Part shown: one piece after another, positions 14,244 to 26,793 of the stretch | Position numbering within the stretch: the stretch's first letter is position 1 | Layout: each line of letters begins with the position of its first letter | NCBI RefSeq assembly: GCF_018977255.1 | Contig: NW_024704743.1 | Location: 64,482,001 to 64,546,000 of the forward strand | From: Callorhinchus milii | Taxonomy: Eukaryota | DNA length: 64,000 bases | Direction: 5' to 3' | Notes under the pieces: model-generated | The model's input: the letters and a program-made list of their open reading frames with translations, nothing else | Told to the model about the DNA's origin: nothing | Database searches by the model: none | Position numbers and translations under genes: made by a program

Positions 14244-14767
14244 TTAAAATGCAGCAGGTCTTATAATAATAATCCTTGTACTTGATATAGCACTTTTCAC
14301 ATCTTCTAGACGTCCCAAAGCACTTCACAGAATATACTTTAAAGTGAATTGACTGTATATTTGTGGGCAAAATACTAATATATGCTGATGTAAATAGTCT
14401 GTAGGCAGCAATGATACCATCCCAGGATGTGGAATGTTCCTCTTCAGACCTGAATTGCCATCATTTTTGTTCATCTTAAAGTGGAGGTGAATGTAGTTGT
14501 ACATTTTATGCCCTGGAGTGATTTTAAAGACATTTTCTTTGTTTAACTTTTTTTACATTGATCTCCTGAGAAACGGTGAAAATCAGCCTCTCCCTGGTCA
14601 AAAATAAAATGTTTAGCTATTGAATGAGCTAAGACAAGAATTTGAAGGGTTTTGGGGCAAGTTAGGCTTCAGGTTCACCAGGCTTTGACAGATCAACACT
14701 GGAAAATAAATATTGAAGAAACATATGACCCAAAAAACACTCTAAACTTTATAAGATTTGCTTTTTT

Positions 14768-15077
14768 GTGGAGTCCTGTAGCTCAGTGGTTAGAGCACTC
14801 GCTTTGCAAGTGAGAGACCTGAGTTCAATTCCAGGCAGAGCGAAACCTTGGGCAAGTTTCCTTACTCCACATGCCTAATAATAATCCCTCCAAAACCAAA
14901 AATAAATTGGTCATTTTCAATCTACGACTATTTGTGGGACATTGCTGTGCGCAATTGGCTGCCGCGTTTGCCCACAAATATAGTCAATTCACTTTACAGT
15001 GTGTGCTGTGAAGCGCTTTGGGACGTCCTCCCGACATGGAAAGCGCTATATCAAATGCAAGGATTATTATTATTATT
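14768..15077 (+). mobile_element. Young tRNA(Ala-like)-derived SINE
   Basis: Near-identical to the copies at 26794 and 63059; anticodon arm CTCGC-TTTGCAA-GTGAG. Confidence 0.93.
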
Positions 15078-15191
15078 TTACTAAATCAGTTGAGTTTAGA
15101 CCCCAGTTATTATGCTGTACAGTGCTCTGATCATACTGAACCTTGAGTACTGTATACAGTTCTAGATAATTTCAGGCCAATACCAGGAAGA

Positions 15192-15500
15192 ACAAAACAC
15201 AAAATATAGCAGATGCTGGAAATCTGAAAACAAAAACAGAAGTCGCTGGGAATACTCAGCAGGTCAGGCAGCATCTATGGAGAAAGGAAAGTGAGAGAAC
15301 TGGGAGGGAGAGGCTATTAAGGGCTAACCGAGAGGGGGAGGCAGGGCAATGAAGACAAAGGAGAAAATAGGCTAGAGAACAGCGGATGATGGGTTAAAGA
15401 GGTGTTAACTGTTCTGACTAAGGGGTGTGGACCCAAAACATTGACTTTCTCTGTCTGACCTGCTGAGTGTTCCCAGCAAATTCTGTTTTTTTATTTTCAG
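15192..15500. mobile_element. Short non-autonomous Penelope-like (pLTR-derived) element with inverted arms
   Basis: 12-bp direct repeat ATACCAGGAAGA (15180-15191, 15501-15512); inverted repeats at 15224-15271 and 15451-15500; decayed hammerhead motif at 15411-15445. Confidence 0.7.
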
Positions 15501-15935
15501 ATACCAGGAAGATCTTCTTAACTCAGAGGGTAATTAATGACTGGATCAGGTTGCCAGGAAAGGTGGTAGAGGTCAGGACACTGGACTCATTTAAAAAGTA
15601 GCTTAATGGCGTATGGGTAAATGGTAGAGTGGGTGTTCTAGAGAGATGAAATCAGATGGGATGAAATCAGATGGGCTGAAAGGCTTTCTTCATCCACATC
15701 AATCTTGAGATCTTGTAACATCTATTTACGGACTAACAAAGATGGTAGGAAACCAGATCTGAGGTAATCAACAACTAGAACAGGGTGCCAGGAAAGGTGG
15801 TAGAGGCTAAGACATATTCGAAAAGCAGCTTGATGCAATGATGAGGGGATGGCAGAGGGTAGATGTTCTGGAGGGATGAGATTGGATGGGCCAAAGGGCC
15901 TTTTTTATCCAGACCAATCATGTGATTTTGTGACT
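15501..15935 (+). mobile_element. Two tandem CR1 3'-end remnants (15501-15720, 15760-15935)
   Basis: WN(R)LPGKVVE...FKK-LD-like coding followed by a GATGGGC..AAGG..TT 3' UTR; a reversed copy lies at 1630-1835. Confidence 0.7.
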
Positions 15936-16486
15936 TCCTGTGAGGGCAAACTGACACCCAGTGACCATTCACCTCAGCATAAATTAGCACAACCCCACCC
16001 TTAAAACATTGCAAACTATACCGCCAAAATATTATTTTTAAAAATGTTCCTTAGTGAAAATATTATAGTCAAATATAACAATCATTCCCTTTTTAGATAC
16101 AAATTTCACAAATAGAAAACAACACAAGATCACAAAATTAGTTTGGATGAAGTAGGCCCTTCAGCACATCCGATCTCCTCTCTCCCGAACAACCACTACT
16201 GCAAGACATTCAGCAGGTTTCTGACAATCATTGACATGAGGATTCAAAAGCCACAATTTTTTTATTTTAAAGTTCTGAATTGAAAAGCAGGTTATTAATT
16301 AATGTGGTTGCAAAAATGGTCTCATGGACCAAAATATGAATTAGTAACGTAAAGAAGAAAGTAATATCAGTGAGATATGTGACTGTAAGGTTCACATCCT
16401 TCCCCAACTCCCATTCCCTGTTAGGGCAGCCATCCAGCATTGTTAAGCACTTTAAGACATCCTCTCGGCTTGAAAGCGCAATATTA

Positions 16487-16735
16487 GGCAGGGCAAAACC
16501 TTGGGTAAGTTTCCTTACTGCACACGCCTAATAATAATCCCTCCAAAATTAAAACAATAATAAATTGGTCATTTTCAATCCATGACTGTTTGTGGGACAT
16601 TGCTGTGCGCAATTGGCTGCCGCTTTCGCCCACAAATATACAGTCAATTCACTTTACAGTATATTCTGTGAAGCGCTTTGGGACGTCTAGAAGACGTGAA
16701 AAGCGCTATATCAAATGCAAGGATTATTATTATTA
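16487..16735 (+). mobile_element. 5'-truncated young SINE
   Basis: Begins at AGGCAGGGCAAAACC and lacks the A and B boxes; loop variant ACGTCTAGAAGACGT. Confidence 0.9.
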
Positions 16736-18354
16736 TGTCAATTTGTATTATATTGTATTTGGGACATCCTGCAGCACTTTGGGATGTGTAAGCAACAGTT
16801 TTACACTTTTAGTGTAAAAGGTTGCTTGAGTTTGTGAAACCCCATAATAAATCAAGGCAACGATGTTAAGCTTAACACAATTATTTACTAAACTAAAATG
16901 GCATAGTATAACAGTTATAATATGCGGCGTGTCGTTCCAAACTATCAGGTGATCAACTCTGAGTTTGGGAAGAATTGGAGTGTTGGCTTGCTTGCAGTAA
17001 TCTTTCAGCTGACAAGTCTTCTTGCTGTAGTTTGCTTTTCTAACTTTTTGCCAGAACATCGATCCTTTATACTTCTGATCAAGCACACGATTCTGATCTC
17101 AGCAATCCCGGCTGTCAGTACTTGTCTCTCTGACACAATGCAGATCCTTTGGGACTGATCTTGTGAACCGAAGGTTAATCTCATTATCTGCCATCTCCAT
17201 TGTTTCCTCTCCTGAAGGATTCTGGATTTTACAGTCCTTCTTCTACTGATCTTGTCAATAGAAGGTTAACCTGTTCTGGGTGAGCCTGTTCTGGTCTCAG
17301 TACTCTGAGATGTTACCCTGCGTGAGGGGTGCTATATAAATGCAAGTCGTCGTTGTGGTTGCCTTCAATTACCATTGAATTTTGGATCTTACAGACGTCC
17401 TCCCAATGTGAACAGCCCTGCACAAACGTAATATATTGTTATTGTTGTATATTTATTAGAAACAGTGCTTAAAGGGTTTATACCATCTTCAAAAAGGATT
17501 AAGATGAACATTCTCAGAGGCAACCTGAGGGATTCAACACGGAGATATTGAATTAGTTGTTTAGTGATATTTTGGAAAATTTCAGATTCCCTAGATTTAG
17601 GTCACATCATACACATTGTAACTATCACAATTTGGCAATCTTCATGACCGATAGGCCTCTGGAGAGCTTTCATTAGAAAATAATATACCTCCATTTATTT
17701 AGTTTCCTTTTATCACCTAGTCCCAAAGTTCACGGATAAGCATGGAACTAAATTACAAACTTACAGAGGCTGATATTGCTTCCTTTGTGCATTCCTGAGC
17801 TCAGGCCAATTCAGCCCTCTCTCCAATAGCTAATGTGCAGCTCTCTTTCTGAAGGATATTGCAGAATTTACAGATACACTATCTTTTTCATGTGCAATGT
17901 AACCTTCCATTAAATAGTTGGCAGGCAGTCAAATAAGTACTGCAGCTAGAGGCCTCATAGGAATGTTGAATTTCTTTTTACATCGATATTGGGGTCTAAT
18001 ATATTACAATTTCCAACAGGATTATTATTATTAATAAGGAAACAATCTGGAAATTCCTTCTGGTAACCAGAGGTTTAGTGTTTCAATCCCAAGTGCAGGA
18101 ACACGGTTTTGAAAGTATATTGCATTGGAACGGAGTTCACTTGAGTCGGTGTAATTTATTCATCGCTTCTTACTAAGAAATTCTGTGGAAATTAGCATAA
18201 ATTAGACCCCATTATGTATTTCAACATATGATGTCTAATGGTGGATCTTTATCTCGTGGGAGGAATGAGACAATGCATACATATTTGTGATCTCCTATGG
18301 GAAGTGGAAAATGGATACATTGATGCAGTTAAAGAATGCAAACTGAAGTACAAA

Positions 18355-18808
18355 TCCTAGGAGTACTGCATCCTGATTTGGGCATCTCACTTCAAGGAAG
18401 ATGTTAAGACCTTAGAGGTGTGTGAAGGAGGTTTACAAGAATGATTCCAGGAATGAAGGGCTATGGTTATGAGGAGAGATTGGAGAAACTGGGACTGTTT
18501 TCTTTGGAGCAGAGAAGGTTGAGTGGGGACCTGATGGAGGTGTACAAAATTATGAAGGATTTTGACAGGGTCAATAGGGAGAAGTTATTTCCATTGATAG
18601 GGGAGTCAGTAACTAGGGGGCATAGTTATGATAGCCACAACAACAGAGAAAGGAGAATTTATATTAACTGTTTTCACCTACAGACTTGTTGGGATGTGAA
18701 TGCCCTGCCGAATAGAGTTGTGGAGATGCAGTCCATTGCAGGTTTCAAGAGGGAAGTAGACCAGCCAAATGTCCTCCTCCTGCACTGTAGATTTCTATGT
18801 TTCTATGA
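18355..18808 (+). mobile_element. CR1 3' fragment
   Basis: MIPGMKGYGYEERLEKLGLFSLEQRRLSGDLMEVYKIMK; TTCTATG tail repeat. Confidence 0.9.
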
Positions 18809-20729
18809 GGTGTGTAGAATTTGTCACTAAATTTAAGATGAACTTATCCCAGGTGACATGTGACATGAAATAGCTAGGGATCGAATATTTAACATTCTTG
18901 CTACAGATGTGTGCTAAGACAAAAAAAATGCAGTTAATTCTTGTAGCCACCACACAACCACAACCCCAAACATAGTTAAGTTATAATTTGTTGATAATCT
19001 AGGATGATGCCTCCCGACAATGCAGCATCCCAAGCACTGCAATGGAGCATCTTACATGCTTGAGTCCAAAGTCCCAATATAGACTTGAATCCACAACCCT
19101 CTGACTCAGAGGCAAAAATTTTACTAGCTGAACAAGGTTGATATACATTGGAATTTCTTGTTAACAACTCTGAGTCACTATTTAGTGAATCCAATTGCAA
19201 ACCACTGCTTTTTCAACCATAATGTTTAACTCATTTTAAACTCCAGCTTGCTTCTTATAATCCCCAATTAACTGTGAGGCATGCTTCTGCACCAATAAAC
19301 TAACAAGAGTTTGCATTTATACAATAAGTAGATGGTGAATAGGAGAGGGCTAAGGATAGAACACCACATGTGAGTGTACTGGGGAGGATGGAGAAAGCAT
19401 TGAAGAGATGAAGTAAATACCCAAGAATAATAATTATAATCCTTATGAACCCACATCCTTCTGACTCAGAGATGAGAGTGCTATCAATTTAGCCAGGCTG
19501 ATTAGTAAAAATACTTGAGTATAATGCACACAAGACAAAATTGATAGATAAAATACTGAGCAGAAACAACAGATGCAAGAGATTCTTGGTTCATTATTTG
19601 TCACATTTCATTACTTTCAAAAACTAAAAATTGTCAAGAATTTTTTTAGCGTGGCTAAGATACCTAAAATAGCCGAAGTTTGCTGACATATTTTCTAGCT
19701 CTATCAATAATAATCATTGCATTTCATATAGTGCCTTATCACGTCATCGAAACGTCTCAAAGTGCTTCATAGGACATACTGCAAAGTGTATTTTGTGGGC
19801 AAAAGGTGGCAGTCAGTTTTGTTAAGTAAATATAGATGTAAACATATATGTGAAATACATTTACTTGTGTTGTGTGAGTGTATGTAAGGTGATCTTACTG
19901 TCTATTTAGTAGGCAAAACAACTCCTATGCATACAGCATACAAGTTTAAGAAATGTCATGCTCCTCTGTGATTGATATTCATGGGCATAGTTCAACTATG
20001 ACTCAAAATAACTCTGGTCACTTCATCTTAAATATATCAGCTTTCAATTTTTTGTATTTTTTTATAAAAATGTCACATATCATATTTCACAACCCCAAAT
20101 TAATTCAAAATATGTCGAATAAATTCACATTTATTTTCTCAAGCTATCAGTCACTGTGATAGATTCTCTGAAACTGTCATGAGCAATCTAAGAAGCAACA
20201 CCTCATACTGTGTGATGATCCATTCCCCATCTTGTGTATTCTATTTAAATTCTTCCAGTTTAGGAACCAAACTCTACAGTATTGGACAGCATACTTTAGA
20301 AAACTAACTATTCTGGAATTTTTTAGGATCAGCTCGGTCTCTGACCCATGCAAAACCCATCACCAAGCTTAACAGTATCCAAACCAGACTGAGTGTTCTA
20401 TGTATGCCACCTACACATGGAAATTGCCTTGTCTGAATTGGAATATGTTCTCTCTCCCTGGAAGGATGCATTGTGCTTTCCTAAACTTGGAGAGCATTAG
20501 GCATAAAGCCCATTCAGCAAACACCAGCCTGTTTATAATAATAATCCTTGCATTTGATATAGTGCCTTATCATGTTGTTGAGATGTTTCAAAGCACTTCA
20601 CAAAATACATTGTAAAGTGAATTGACTGTATATTTTGTGAGAGAAACACGGCAGATAATTGCACCCACAGTGTGCCACAAACAGTCATGGATTGAATTTA
20701 TCATTATTATTTATTATTATTGTTTCATG

Positions 20730-21010
20730 TCCGCCATCGGATCCCCAGCACTATTGGAACATGAGCTATCAGCCATTCTGCCCCTGTTCTCTGGAATTCT
20801 ATCCCAGAGCTCCTACACCCCATCCCTTCCTCCCCACTTTTAAAGTCCATGTTAAGACTTATCTCTTAGACTGCACTTTCAATTAACTTTCCCCTCCTCT
20901 CACTCTCTTTAACCCCTTCCCCCATCCCTGGCTTTGGTGCCCAGCCAGCTGGATGAAATGCTTTGAGACATCCTCCTGATGTGAAAGATGCTTTATAAAT
21001 ATAAATTGTG
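20730..21010 (+). mobile_element. Old L2 3' end
   Basis: Degenerate C-terminus (PTFKVHVKTYLLD) and stem-loop tail. Confidence 0.65.
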
Positions 21011-21014
21011 TCTT

Positions 21015-21265
21015 ACTGTAATCCCATTCCCTTACTTTTTCCCCATATGTTTTAACATTCGTTTTCTTGAAGCATATGTCCAGTTTCTTTTTAAATACTA
21101 ATATCGACACAACCTGAACAGTCATATGTGGTAAGGCATTCAAAAGTCTAATAACAGGATGTGTGAAGGGAAGTCTAACCTTCCCTTTTTCGATTCTGGT
21201 GATAATCTTAAAACTATTCCCTCTTGTTTCTGACTCACCAGGAAAGAGTCTCTTTATAGGAAGCA
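21015..21265 (-). mobile_element. CR1 C-terminal fragment
   Basis: RLFPGESETRGNSFKI...NALP...FKKKLD...YGEK. Confidence 0.8.
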
Positions 21266-22184
21266 CATTGTCGGATCATATTTATCCAGTGCACTGAGGT
21301 AGTAAACTGACCAAAGTGATCAGTGTTACTTACTGGCAAAAAGTTTTACATTAAACTAGAAAAGAACAGCTGGAGTCCAGTATCTTTATCCACATCTCTC
21401 TCTCTCTCTCTCTCTCTTCATGAATCGACTACCTCCATAGCGATTTTCAATCCTAAATTAAATACAGGAATATTTCATAAAGGAATATTTTCTATTCCTA
21501 TAAAATACAGTCATTATCCTTTGCAGTAAATCCTCTGATGCACTTTGAGACAGCTTCCCTATGTGGAAAATACGGTATCAAATGCAAGGATTTTTATTAT
21601 TATACACACATAGACTGTCAGGCACACACCAAACTGAGATAGAAAAGATTTTGGATATTCTTGCACAAAAAAAAATCTTTGTCATGGCATATTACTCATT
21701 CCAAGGTGATAGTTGCTCAGTGGAGATATAGAAAGTCATCAGTTGCTTTTAGAGAGTTGCTGATATGTTAATGTTTTGAAAATGTCATGGACTTGACAGG
21801 TCAGGCAGTTTTTCTTTCTCATGGTTCCTTTCAGGCTTCCCAAAATGGTGCTTCGCATTTCACAATTGTGAAAGTACCGATGTACTCTGATTTCACTAAG
21901 AACTCAAACAGCAATACCACTCCTGATTACAGCAGAATGCAAGGTGGACGCTCAGAAAATTGAGGGTCAAGCATTCAGTACTTTGCCCATCTAAATGTAA
22001 CTCAATCTTTTCTCAGAGTTCTGTTCACGACCACAGAGTTCAGATTGAATCCCCATTACTCTTGGTCAAAATCTGTGATGCAAGAAAATGCTAAATGCAG
22101 TGTGATTTCATGTGCAGTAGCCTTTATCCTAGGTATAGCATTCAATTAGAAGTCTAAAAAGGATTGCTAAAGGATTATTTGTGT

Positions 22185-22610
22185 GTTAGTCTGGCTCAGT
22201 TGGTGGCGCTTTCATCTTTGAAGCAGTAGGTTATGAGTTCAAGCCCCACTTTGAGACTTTGAACTAACATACGCTAACACTCCAATGCAGCGTCATGAGT
22301 GTGCTGAATTGTTGGAGGTGCCTTCCTTCAGATGAAACATTAAACCAAGGTCCTGTCTGCCTATTCGGATGGACGTTAAAAATCCCATGGCAGTATTCAA
22401 AAAGAGAAAGGAGGAGGAGGCCTGGTAGGAGAAGGGAGTTTCTCACTTCATAGCTGTTTTGGGACATTTCTGTGTTCAAATTAGCTGCTACATTTCCCTA
22501 CAAAATACACAGTCTGCAGTAAATCCCATGAAGTGCTTTGATATGTCCGCCTGCCATGAAAGGCACTATACCACATGTGAGGACATTTATTATTATTGTT
22601 ATTATTATAG
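22185..22610 (+). mobile_element. Old DeuSINE-type SINE
   Basis: GGCTCAGTTGGTGGCGC head, GTTCAAG B box, and body and tail as in the family. Confidence 0.8.
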
Positions 22611-22762
22611 CTTTGTGCAATATCCAGTGTTCTCTTTCAAATAATAATCCTTGCATCTGATATTGTCACGTCGGCAAATTTCTCAAGGGGTTTGCTGTGA
22701 AGTGTAGTGACTGTGTATTTGTAGCTGAACCCACAAAGTACATGAAGTGAATGATGAATTTT

Positions 22763-23120
22763 ATAATAATCCTTGCATTTGATATAGTGCTTCATCACGT
22801 TGTTGAGACTTCTTAAAGCGCTTCACAAAATATATTGTAAAGTGCATTAACTGTGTATTTTGTGGGTAAAAATGTGGCAAACAATTGTGAACAGCAGTCC
22901 CACAAACAATCGTGGACTGAATGACCCAATTTTTTTTGAGGGATTATTACCCCTGGAGAGCGATCCGCCAATTGACTGACAATCTGTTTCCTGTTCACTG
23001 CTAGCTAAATAAAGCATGTGGAATAAGGAAAGTTGCCTAAGGTTTTGCCTTGCCCGGAATCGAACCCAGGTCCTTTCGATTGCGAGGCAAACGTACTAAC
23101 CATTACGCTACAAGACTCCT
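22763..23120 (-). mobile_element. Long-subfamily SINE with variant tRNA head
   Basis: Head GGAGTCTTGTAGCGTAATGGTTAGTACG...GGTTCGATTCC, an extra internal segment, Deu core and shared tail. Confidence 0.85.
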
Positions 23121-23789
23121 GTGTTAAGACTGGGCAGAGTGCATCTTCCCTTCATAAAAACATTGCTTTATGATGCAGGATTTGGTCTGATCCATGTATA
23201 ATTTGTAATAAACTAGAGGTTCTTTCAGGCAAAAACTCAGTGCACAACCAGCACTGTCTAACTAACCATTCAAAACTTTCATTGGCCACTGTGTGAGTAC
23301 TGCATAAAAAAAAACTGCTGTATGAAAGCTACTGTTACTTGAATGGGTTTGAATTACTAGGCTTCCTTAAATCAAACAAAACAGATTGTTTGTAAAAAAA
23401 TAATAATCCCAGGTTAAAAGTTGAATAAAATAAGTGGTAACCGTATCCTTCCTAATGATACACTTTCTACACTGTTGAAGCTTTCAGAAGAGTTGATGCA
23501 GTAAAGTACATGTGGCTATAATTCCTTCCTTCCAAGTCTGGGTGTTTACCTCATAGTTTCGGAAGATTAGGATTAAGTGCAGCTGCTATATAAACATGCA
23601 GCCAGTATGTGTGATTGAACAGAAATATGACTTTATGGTTTTATATTTTAGAAATGAGAAACTTAACACAAGTTTGAATTGTAATGAAATCATAGAATCA
23701 TCGAAATGTACAACACACAAGGAAGCCATTCAGCCCATCGAGTACACATCAACTCTCAGAGAATTAAATCCCAACCCCCAGCCTTGAAA

Positions 23790-24648
23790 GGTCCTTGAAA
23801 GAGTCATTGCTTCCCAGTTTCGCTCATTTCTCATCTACTACACCCTTCATGAACCCCTCCAATCAGGTTTCCGTGCTGCTCACAGCACGGAAACTCCTAT
23901 GGTCAAGCTGACAAATTACATTTGTTTGTTCAAATGTCTTGTTCGACCCTCAACTGTCCTGTCTCCTCTATATCTGTGCCATGACCCGCTCTGGCTTCCC
24001 CCACCTCCTCAACCATTGCCCGACTCCGCCACTGCCTCACCCCTCAGGCCACCAAAACCCTCATACACGCATTCGTCACCTCAAGGCTCGACTACGGAAA
24101 CTCCCTCCTTGTCGGTCTCCCCAACTCTTCCCTCCACAACCTGCAGATCATCCAGAACTCTGCAGCTCGTGTCCTCTACTGCACCAGGCTCTGTGACCCC
24201 ATCACCCCCATCCTCACCCGACTCCACTGGCTCCTCATCCCTCAGAGGATAGAATTCAAAATCCTCGTCCTCACTTTCAAGGCCCTCCACAGCCTTGCCA
24301 CTTCCTATCTTTCTGATCTCCTATCAACTCTCTGTTCAGCAGGCTCCAGCCTGCTCCAGGTCTTCCGCTCGAACCCACCCTATCATTGGTGGCCGGGCTT
24401 TCAGTCTCTCTGCCCCCACCCTTTGGAACTCCATCCCACAATCCCTTTGCCTTGCTCCCTCTCTTGCCTCCTTTAAGGCACGACTCAAGACCTTTTTCAA
24501 CTGTGCCTTCAGCCGCCCTCCTACCTCTCTGCCCTTCCTCACCCCAACCCTGGCTCCCCATGCTCAGGTCCTGATCCCCGACTGTTCAGCGCCTTGGGAC
24601 GTCCTCCTGATGTGAAAGACGCTTTACAAATCTAATTTTGTTGTTGAT
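23790..24648 (+). mobile_element. Older L2 copy, 5'-truncated with internal deletion of the RT core
   Basis: Homologous to 41250-41110, then jumps to the homologue of ~40560; ends in the L2 stem-loop and TTG tail. Confidence 0.85.
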
Positions 24649-25141
24649 TAACAATAAGTAATATTTCCTTTATCAGATGTTTGACTCAAAATTTTAATTA
24701 ACCACAAAACAGGAGGTTTGTTTGCTCGGTAACGGCACTGCCCAATTCTGGCAATGTTGATCATTTGTTTGTTGATTCATGACCTCATTTCATTGCAGTA
24801 AAACATGTTATTTTAGTTTGCACATGTTCACTAACAAAAAGTCAGTACAACAAATACAGTGTTTTACTTGAACAACAGTCACTTTGCTGTTGATGACCAG
24901 ATCCTGGCTTTTAATGGGAGCTGCATGTTTGGCATACTGTCTGAACCACTTAAAGTTCCTTCAGTTTTCATTGTTTCCCTGGCAACATCAGAGCGCCGTG
25001 GAAAGTGCATTGCTATACTAATCCTGGCTGGCTTTATTTTCTCTATACTCTTCTTGAGAGAAGAGGCAAGTTCAGAAAAGATCAGATATTTTCTGATCCT
25101 TTGGATGAAATCATTTGGATTAAACTGACAGAATAAGCATT

Positions 25142-25391
25142 TTCCCCCACCCCCCCACTTGTTTTGCATTATTAACACTGCTTTAACCTATCATTTCCTG
25201 TCCTCTATCCCATTTTCTCCTTTGTCTTCCTTGCCTTGCCTCACCCCTCTCTGTTAGCCCTTAAAAGCCTCTCCCTCTCAACATGCCCCAGTTCTCTCAC
25301 TTACATTTCTGCATAGATGCAGCCTGATCTGCTGAGTGTTCCCAGCGACTTCTGTTTTTGTTTCACATTTCCAGCATCTGCAGTATTTTGT
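25142..25391. mobile_element. Second copy of the same short element (opposite orientation, single arm)
   Basis: Reverse-complement similarity to 15200-15410; 12-bp direct repeat AGAATAAGCATT (25130-25141, 25392-25403). Confidence 0.75.
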
Positions 25392-25639
25392 AGAATAAGC
25401 ATTGTTTTCCACAACATACGGCAGCTTCCAATATAGCAACAGAATAATAGAATAAGGTTTCTATTGCAGCACTGGAACACAGGGTGATGGAAGGATGGGT
25501 GAAAAGACTGAATCTTTCTTGGTGGATGTGAAAAATAAGAAGGGAAGTACTACTTTGTTAGGAATTTATTGAGACAGCAAACAGAAATGAGATGGATAAA
25601 TCTTCAGAAAAATTCAGGAGAGGAGCAGAAATAACAAGC

Positions 25640-25890
25640 AGCTGAGAAGCAATGACTCATTCCAGGATCTTGGAAAGGAAGGGGAGGTTGGAGATGGAGC
25701 AGTAGTTAAGAGAGCAGGTTTGGGTCCTGAGCAGTTTTTTTGAGGATAGGGGTGATGATGGCTGTCTTTAACAGGGTGGGAACGTGCCAGTAGACAAGGA
25801 GAGGTTGATGATGGCTGTTAATAGAGGGGCTAGGAAGTGGAGATGGGTACGGATGGGGTCGAGAGAGCAGATGGTGGGCTTCATTTTAGA
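25640..25890 (-). mobile_element. Old internal L2 fragment
   Basis: Similar to 41210-41490 (region around the RPISNLP and TCSLDP motifs). Confidence 0.75.
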
Positions 25891-26793
25891 TATGAAGTAC
25901 GAACACCAGTTTGAAGCTCAAAGCAAACATCAGAAAAACAGAACACTGAGCTGGAAGTTGAATCTGTCATTTATGATTTTGACCATGAAGCCTGGACCAT
26001 ATTTTTTAAATAAAGGCGTAATTTAATTTCGGTTGTTAATCATTTTGTTGTTAACTTAAAGTTAATACTGCATCAGAAGGTACTGTATTGGAATAATAAT
26101 ATATGAATAATCCTTGGATTTGATATTATGGCTTATCTAATCGTTAAAACTTCTCAAAGCACTTCACAGGATTTATTGTAAAATCTAGTGACTGTGTATT
26201 TCTAGTCAAACACAATTCTACGCACAGCAATGACCAATTTTATTTGAGGGACTGTTGACTGAAAAGCGTCATATAAGGAGTAAATGTTTATATTTATACT
26301 GAGAATACAGCTCGAACAACAAGCTTGTCAATTTCAGGAGGCAGCCTGAGATGAGCTTTAAATCCAGATATGTCCAACACAAACAAATGCAGCACAGTGT
26401 GCATGCAGCGTATGCATTATGACAAGTCTCTCATTATCTGCATGAGCTAAAAGCATACTGCAGTTCAGCATATTTTCAGCGTGTAGAATTTAGGACATAT
26501 TTTTGCTGACTCAGAATTGTGCCCACTTGCTCCCAGCTCCAGTGGGAAAATGGTACTTAGCAAGTCAGCTGGGCCAAGGAAACCTGTGGGATACAAACAT
26601 CAGTCCTGCACCTGATTGTGCCATTTCAGGGATTTTATTATTCATTATTCATAACTACACACTAAATAATGCATCCTAGAGCCATAGATAAAGTCATCCA
26701 GTGAGTATTATGTAAGATTGCACTCAATGAATCCCGGTATTTATTAATGAAATCCTACATATTGGCAGAATTATTTAATGCATCATAAGAATC

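Noticed and set aside
16748..17220. ORFs of 78-112 aa in unique-looking sequence
   Set aside because: No recognisable domain and no convincing splice sites.
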